Origin: Gammaproteobacteria bacterium
GTDB lineage: Bacteria > Pseudomonadota > Gammaproteobacteria > JAURND01
NCBI GenBank assembly: GCA_029266595.1
Contig: JAQSWO010000020.1
Coordinates: forward strand, 1-24,000
Reading direction: 5' to 3'
DNA length: 24,000 nt
The translations under genes were made by a program, and so were the position numbers. Below are positions 19,144-24,000 of this stretch, in pieces. Position 1 is the stretch's first letter, and each line of letters begins with the position of its first letter. The notes beneath the pieces were generated by a model that worked only from the letters and a program-made list of their open reading frames with translations, was not told the DNA's origin and did not search any database.

Positions 19144-20004
19144 TTAAGTTGGTGAGTTGACTACCGGTGGTCGTTGAATATTCGACTGAGCTTGGGCTGC
19201 TTCTTCGCTATCAAGAGATACTGATCTAGATCTAGAAGCACGAGGACCAAGCAAGTTTGAAGACGGATCGTAACTTATTGCGCTAATTTCTCTATGTGCT
19301 GAGGCGCCGCCTTCAAGCTCATTTTGTTGATCTGATTTAAGCGATTTTTGCTCATCAGGTCCTTCACCCTGCAATGGACTGTTATCAAAGAGGTCTCCAA
19401 CTTCCAATTGAGACCACACAATTTTTGTGCCAGCTTTACTAGCGTCATTTAGCATTTCCTGGAACTGTTTTCCTGTAAACCATCCAAGAAGTACATCAAG
19501 TCCAACTTCTTTAATAAGATATTGAATAAGATTTTTTGATGGTTCAAGTTGATTTTGAAGTCCAAAGGTGTCAAGCCATTCGGAAAACTTGTCCTCTGCT
19601 CTTACTACACTCATCTGCCTGAAAAACTCCTTAAAGTATTGTTCATTTATTTTTTCAATCATTGTTTCGAGGTCAAGCTGCTTAAGCCGCCCTTGTACGT
19701 CTTGGATTAAGCGATCAACTGAATTTACATAGTCAAAATACCCTTTACCAATTAAATAAGGAGTAAAGATCTTCCATACCGCCTCAGAAACTTCTTGAGG
19801 TAAATGACGGCCTTGAGCATCTTTAAAGTAATCAGGATCATCAGCATGAGCCAATTTTTCTCTATTTAGTAAATTTAAAGCTTCTTGGCATTGGGCTTTT
19901 GCTTCTTCGATATATGCTGCCGCGAATTTTCTGATAGCTACAGCATCATAAGGTTGCTTATGTTGTAATATTGAATTTAAAACCCCTTCCGCGTTTTGTT
20001 GCAT
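19144..20004 (-). CDS. protein of unknown function; candidate Dot/Icm effector
   Basis: 286 aa, AGGAT before ATG, no recognised fold motif, hydrophilic disordered C-terminal third ending ...SVSLDSEEAAQAQSNIQRPPVVNSPT; preceded by a PmrA-like box. Confidence 0.7.
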   Translation of the reverse strand: MQQNAEGVLNSILQHKQPYDAVAIRKFAAAYIEEAKAQCQEALNLLNREKLAHADDPDYFKDAQGRHLPQEVSEAVWKIFTPYLIGKGYFDYVNSVDRLIQDVQGRLKQLDLETMIEKINEQYFKEFFRQMSVVRAEDKFSEWLDTFGLQNQLEPSKNLIQYLIKEVGLDVLLGWFTGKQFQEMLNDASKAGTKIVWSQLEVGDLFDNSPLQGEGPDEQKSLKSDQQNELEGGASAHREISAISYDPSSNLLGPRASRSRSVSLDSEEAAQAQSNIQRPPVVNSPT

Positions 20005-20052
20005 ATTTTCATCCTCATAGAGTTAGTGAAAAACCCACTTTAGCACTATGAT

Positions 20053-20080
20053 CTTAAGGAAATATTAAGCAAGAATTAAC
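20053..20080 (-). promoter_or_regulatory. PmrA-like triple direct repeat GTTAAT-TCTTG-CTTAAT-ATTTC-CTTAAG upstream of the 286-aa ORF
   Basis: Three TTAA half-sites at exact 11-bp period on the minus strand; candidate -10 TAAAGT at 20042..20037, the same distance from the last half-site as TATAAT in the icmV promoter. Confidence 0.6.
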
Positions 20081-20225
20081 GCAAAATCAGAAAATTTTGA
20101 TTTATAATAAATAAATTAGGTTTATAGAATTCTTCTCTAATGTTTAGCTGATACCCATGATATTTGAACCTTGGTTATCTTCTCATCTATATATGAGTGA
20201 TTACCACTAGGCACCGCTTGAAAGA

Positions 20226-20313
20226 GTAAAATTTCGCGACATTCAAACGAAATTTACAGGACAAATTTCATTTTCACATGTAAAATTCGCGCGAATCGGA
20301 CGAAATTTACAGG
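20226..20313. repeat. two-copy palindromic leader repeat upstream of the AAA/DUF4143-type ATPase
   Basis: GTAAAATTTCGCGACATTCAAACGAAATTTACAGG (20226-20260) and GTAAAATTCGCGCGAATCGGACGAAATTTACAGG (20280-20313), each with GTAAAATTTCG/CGAAATTTAC-like arms; the second abuts the SD/ATG. Confidence 0.8.
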
Positions 20314-20319
20314 TGAAAT

Positions 20320-21546
20320 ATGCATAGAAACATTACATCCAAAATAATTAATCTACTAAAAATGTTTCCCGTAGTAGCCATTATTGGCGCAAGGCAGTCT
20401 GGAAAAACCATGTTAGCGCGCACGGTATGCCCAGATTGGCTGTATATAGATTTAGAGAAAACATCTGACTTTAATCGGATTGAGCTTGATCCAGAGTTCT
20501 TTTTATCTGAACATTCAGAGCATGTTATTTTTGATGAAGCACAACTACTCCCAAAACTATTTGAGTTACTACGCAGCAGCATTGACGAGCAACGCGGGAA
20601 AAAAGGACGCTTTCTCCTCACTGGCTCAAGCAGTTTTAGTTTGCTCGATCAAATTTCCGAAACCTTAGCTGGTCGCATCGCCATTGTGGAATTAGGCACG
20701 TGTAAAGCCAACGAACTAGCGGATCAACCAATAAATAGCTTTTATTCATTGCTCCAAAATGAATTATCTCCCCAATATTTTAAATCTCTAGAAGCTCCTT
20801 CTATCAGCCTGCAAGATATACAGAAAGCTTGGTATTTAGGCGGCTATCCAGAACCTATTTTAGAAAATGATGAAACTTTTTATTTGCATTGGATGGAAAA
20901 TTACGAAGACGCCTACATTTATCGCGACATTGCAAGACAATATCCCAAACTAAACAAGGTTTCTTTTCAAAGATTTATCTCCATGCTCAGCAAATTGTCT
21001 GGCACCATTCTTAATAAATCAGATATTGCACGCGCGCTTGAAGTAAGTGAAAGTTCTATTCGCGAGTATTTAAGTTTAGCTGAAGGGACTTTTTTGTGGC
21101 GGGCATTGCCCAGCTATGAAAAATCTGGGCTCAAAAACACAGTTAAAATGCCTAAAGGCCATATCCGCGATAGTGGTCTGCTACATAGCCTATTGGGGAT
21201 CACCCATCTCGAAAAACTCTATCATGATCCCATTGTGGGCCGTTCCTTTGAAGGCTTTATCATTGAAGAAATTCTTAAAGGACTTACCGCAACCATGCTA
21301 ACCCATTGGTCGCCCTACTATTACCGCACACGTGGCGGTGCAGAAATAGACCTCATCTTGGAAGGGCCCTTCGGCTGTCTACCCATAGAAATCAAATACG
21401 GCATCAATGTAACCAAGCGCCAATTAACATCCCTAGAGCAGTTTGTGATAGACCGGAAATTACCCTTTGGTTTGCTGATCAATCAGGCGAGCGAACCTTG
21501 CTGGTTGACGCGGCATGTGTTTCAGCTGCCAGCTAATTATCTTTAA
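20320..21546 (+). CDS. AAA_14/DUF4143-type ATPase
   Basis: 408 aa; VVAIIGARQSGKTMLARTV (P-loop), HVIFDEAQLLPKLFELLRSSID, GRFLLTGSSSFSLL, LAGRIAIVELG, YLGGYPEPIL, C-terminal GRSFEGFIIEEIL...YYYRTRGGAEIDLILEG...PIEIKYG. Confidence 0.9.
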   Translation: MHRNITSKIINLLKMFPVVAIIGARQSGKTMLARTVCPDWLYIDLEKTSDFNRIELDPEFFLSEHSEHVIFDEAQLLPKLFELLRSSIDEQRGKKGRFLLTGSSSFSLLDQISETLAGRIAIVELGTCKANELADQPINSFYSLLQNELSPQYFKSLEAPSISLQDIQKAWYLGGYPEPILENDETFYLHWMENYEDAYIYRDIARQYPKLNKVSFQRFISMLSKLSGTILNKSDIARALEVSESSIREYLSLAEGTFLWRALPSYEKSGLKNTVKMPKGHIRDSGLLHSLLGITHLEKLYHDPIVGRSFEGFIIEEILKGLTATMLTHWSPYYYRTRGGAEIDLILEGPFGCLPIEIKYGINVTKRQLTSLEQFVIDRKLPFGLLINQASEPCWLTRHVFQLPANYL

Positions 21547-24000
21547 GACCCATTATCACTTCTAATGCTTGCTTTTTTGCAACACCAAAATCTGTTTTTC
21601 CGCTACCTAATTTCGGAACAGCTTCAACGAAATGAACAACGGAGGGAATCATCAGTGGATTACAATTTATCTCCAACAGCTTTTTACGCAAATCATTCAT
21701 GTCTATTACTAAGGTACTCAGCAAAACAATTTGCTCTCCTTTTTTATCATCAGGCACACTAACCGCGACAATATCTATCTCTGAAGCAGTGATTACTTTC
21801 TTTATTTCCTGCTCAACAGCACCCAAGCTGATCATTTCACCACCAATTTTGGCAAAGCGTGAATAACGGTCGACAATGGTTAAAAAGCCATCACTATCAA
21901 GATGACCTTTATCACCAGTTTTGTACCAACGACGATCCTCTAGCTCTACAATAGCTGCATGAGTTTTTTCTGGTTCATTGAGATAGCCTAACATGACTTG
22001 GGTACCAGAAATCAAAATCAATCCATCTTCTCCGATAGGAAGTGACTGCAACGTATGTGGATCAACAATACGAAATGCGCAGCCAGGCACAGGCATACCC
22101 ACTGTTCCTACTTTATGCCCAACTTGCAGTGACCAGTCAGAGATATCTAGCTGATTTGAAACATTTACACTGGCAACAGGTGTTGTTTCAGTGGCGCCAT
22201 AACCTTCATAAACTTCTTTATTGAATTTGGCTTTAAATTCATTACGTACATCGGCCGATAATTTTTCTGCGCCAGAAACCACCATTCGCAATGAATCAAG
22301 CATGAGAGGATTTACCCTATGGTTTTTTGTATACAATCGTAGAAAGGTGGCTGTAGCACACATAAGCGTGACTGCATGGCGACAAATAGCTTTAGCAACA
22401 TTTAATACATCCGTTGGATCTGGATAACAAACTACCGGAATTCCTTCTATTAATGGCATTAAAGTTGTCACAGTGAGACCAAAAGAATGAAAAGGCGGCA
22501 GACATCCCATGATCACATCATCCTCGCGTGTTTTTAACACATCGCTGATCTGCTTAATGTTGGACATAAAGTTGCGATGACTTAATACGATTCCTTTGGG
22601 CAGGCCTTCGCTGCCACTGGAAAATAGAATAGCTGCTGGATCATTGACTAAAACTTTTCGGCCAAATAATGCATAGTACCAACTGGCAGGTAATACATAG
22701 AGGGCTACAAAGGAGACCGCCAAAAATGCTTTCGATACATCTTGTTGTAGTTGTTCCATAGTAACAACACGGAGACCTTGTAGCATGCTATCAACATCAA
22801 TACCGCGCTGCTTTATTTTCTCCAGAAATTTTTCCGAGGTATACACTGTCTTCAATCCAGCATTTCGTATACCTGCCTGAACAGCTAAGACACTGGCTGT
22901 ATAGTTTAAATTAACCGTTGCCTGACCATTCAGCATAACGGCCATATTGGCAATAATTGACGCACTGCTAGCGGGCAATAAAACAGCGATATTTTTTTCA
23001 CGATCTATATTTCTCATACAGCGCGCAAAGGCTGCTGTAGCCGCTATCATTTTTGCGTGACTCAACATCATGCCTTGCCCCTCAATCACACAGGTTCTGC
23101 TTAGCTTTTCTTTGGCAGAGCATATCCACGCCAATGGCAATGGATCGAAATTACTCGAATAGCATTCCCACGCCTCAAAAGACAGTTCGAATATTTTTTG
23201 CTTCAACTGATCAGCTTTAATATCCACTGGTAATGATTTTCCAAACGTAATGATCACATCACGACGGTACCCTCTGGCCGTATTTTTTCTCAGCTTTTCA
23301 CTATCTGCACGCGATAAACGACTTCCCCACATACCATGCAAATAAAACGGCACAATTACCCCGTTCACTCCTTCAATAGCACGCTCATAACCTGCATGAA
23401 ATAAACCTAATGATCCCGTACGACTGATAGCACCTTCTGGAAATAAACAAACTACTTCACCAGATTTTAATTTTTCATTTATCAGATTGATTGATTCACG
23501 ACTTTGACCCGCACTAATTGGGATAACGCCAAAAAGCTGGAAAAATGGTTTTAAATACCAGCGATTATAAATACTGCGTAACATCACAAAACGTACAGGA
23601 CGTGGACAAGCAATTTGTATGATTGCCCAATCTATCCAGCTAATGTGATTACCTAATAGAAGAACGCCACCAGTTTTGGGAAGTCTATCGAAACCGATAA
23701 TATTGATTTTGTATTTTTGTCTAATTAATACGGCTACCAGAATACGCGTTAAGGAATGTGGCAATTCATAGACAGTGTAAAAAGCGCCTGCAAATCCCAC
23801 TGCCACCAAAATATAAAATAATTTTGCGCCAGTTATGCCCCATGATGCGAATACAATAGTAAGTAATAAAAACAATAACATGGCAATATTTTGTATCCAA
23901 TTACTTCCAGCAAGCACTGTGCCAAGTTCATCTTCTTTCGCGTGGTACTGAATTAATGCATTCAATGGAATAATAAAAATACCACCTAAAAATCCCAACA
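21533..24000 (-). CDS. aas: Aas-like fused (MFS)-acylglycerophospholipid acyltransferase-AMP-dependent ligase, N-terminus beyond window edge
   Basis: C-terminal MFS helices, acyltransferase GNHISWIDWAI and FPEGAISRTG, AMP-binding AILFSSGSEGLPKGIVLSHRNF and GYGATETTPVASVN; frame remains open to the right edge, so the track Met at 23998 is probably internal. Confidence 0.88.
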   Translation of the reverse strand, partial: LGFLGGIFIIPLNALIQYHAKEDELGTVLAGSNWIQNIAMLLFLLLTIVFASWGITGAKLFYILVAVGFAGAFYTVYELPHSLTRILVAVLIRQKYKINIIGFDRLPKTGGVLLLGNHISWIDWAIIQIACPRPVRFVMLRSIYNRWYLKPFFQLFGVIPISAGQSRESINLINEKLKSGEVVCLFPEGAISRTGSLGLFHAGYERAIEGVNGVIVPFYLHGMWGSRLSRADSEKLRKNTARGYRRDVIITFGKSLPVDIKADQLKQKIFELSFEAWECYSSNFDPLPLAWICSAKEKLSRTCVIEGQGMMLSHAKMIAATAAFARCMRNIDREKNIAVLLPASSASIIANMAVMLNGQATVNLNYTASVLAVQAGIRNAGLKTVYTSEKFLEKIKQRGIDVDSMLQGLRVVTMEQLQQDVSKAFLAVSFVALYVLPASWYYALFGRKVLVNDPAAILFSSGSEGLPKGIVLSHRNFMSNIKQISDVLKTREDDVIMGCLPPFHSFGLTVTTLMPLIEGIPVVCYPDPTDVLNVAKAICRHAVTLMCATATFLRLYTKNHRVNPLMLDSLRMVVSGAEKLSADVRNEFKAKFNKEVYEGYGATETTPVASVNVSNQLDISDWSLQVGHKVGTVGMPVPGCAFRIVDPHTLQSLPIGEDGLILISGTQVMLGYLNEPEKTHAAIVELEDRRWYKTGDKGHLDSDGFLTIVDRYSRFAKIGGEMISLGAVEQEIKKVITASEIDIVAVSVPDDKKGEQIVLLSTLVIDMNDLRKKLLEINCNPLMIPSVVHFVEAVPKLGSGKTDFGVAKKQALEVIMGLKDN

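Noticed and set aside
20320-21546. ATPase plus neighbouring genes considered as a defence island or toxin-antitoxin pair
   Set aside because: No partner gene, nuclease, reverse transcriptase, CRISPR array or other defence marker is adjacent; neighbours are an unrelated unknown ORF and aas.

Overview
Window from what looks like a Legionellales-type intracellular gammaproteobacterium (inferred from gene content). The left 6 kb is a compact Dot/Icm type IVB secretion locus: icmT, icmS, icmV and dotA on the minus strand (dotA runs off the left edge), divergent from dotD-dotC-dotB on the plus strand. The rest is mostly housekeeping: tsaB, two lipoproteins, fabI, tdh, a tRNA-Ser(CGA), an AmpD-type amidase, orn, dnaE, rnhB, a Gfo/Idh/MocA oxidoreductase, lpxB, an unknown 286-aa protein, an AAA/DUF4143-type ATPase, and an aas-like MFS/acyltransferase/AMP-ligase protein that runs off the right edge. 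I found no clear previously undescribed multi-gene system. The best leads are: (1) matching PmrA-type direct repeats (YTTAAT-N5-YTTAAK) upstream of icmV-dotA and of the unknown 286-aa gene, both at the same spacing to a -10 box, which makes that gene a candidate Dot/Icm effector; (2) lpxB carries an internal out-of-frame deletion removing about 60 conserved codons; (3) dotB lacks about 8 highly conserved residues between the Walker B/Asp region and the His box; (4) a duplicated palindromic leader sits directly against the DUF4143-type ATPase start, and a truncated relative of that ATPase, also with a repeated leader, lies beside rnhB; (5) a 77-bp MITE-like element has TAA target-site duplications.
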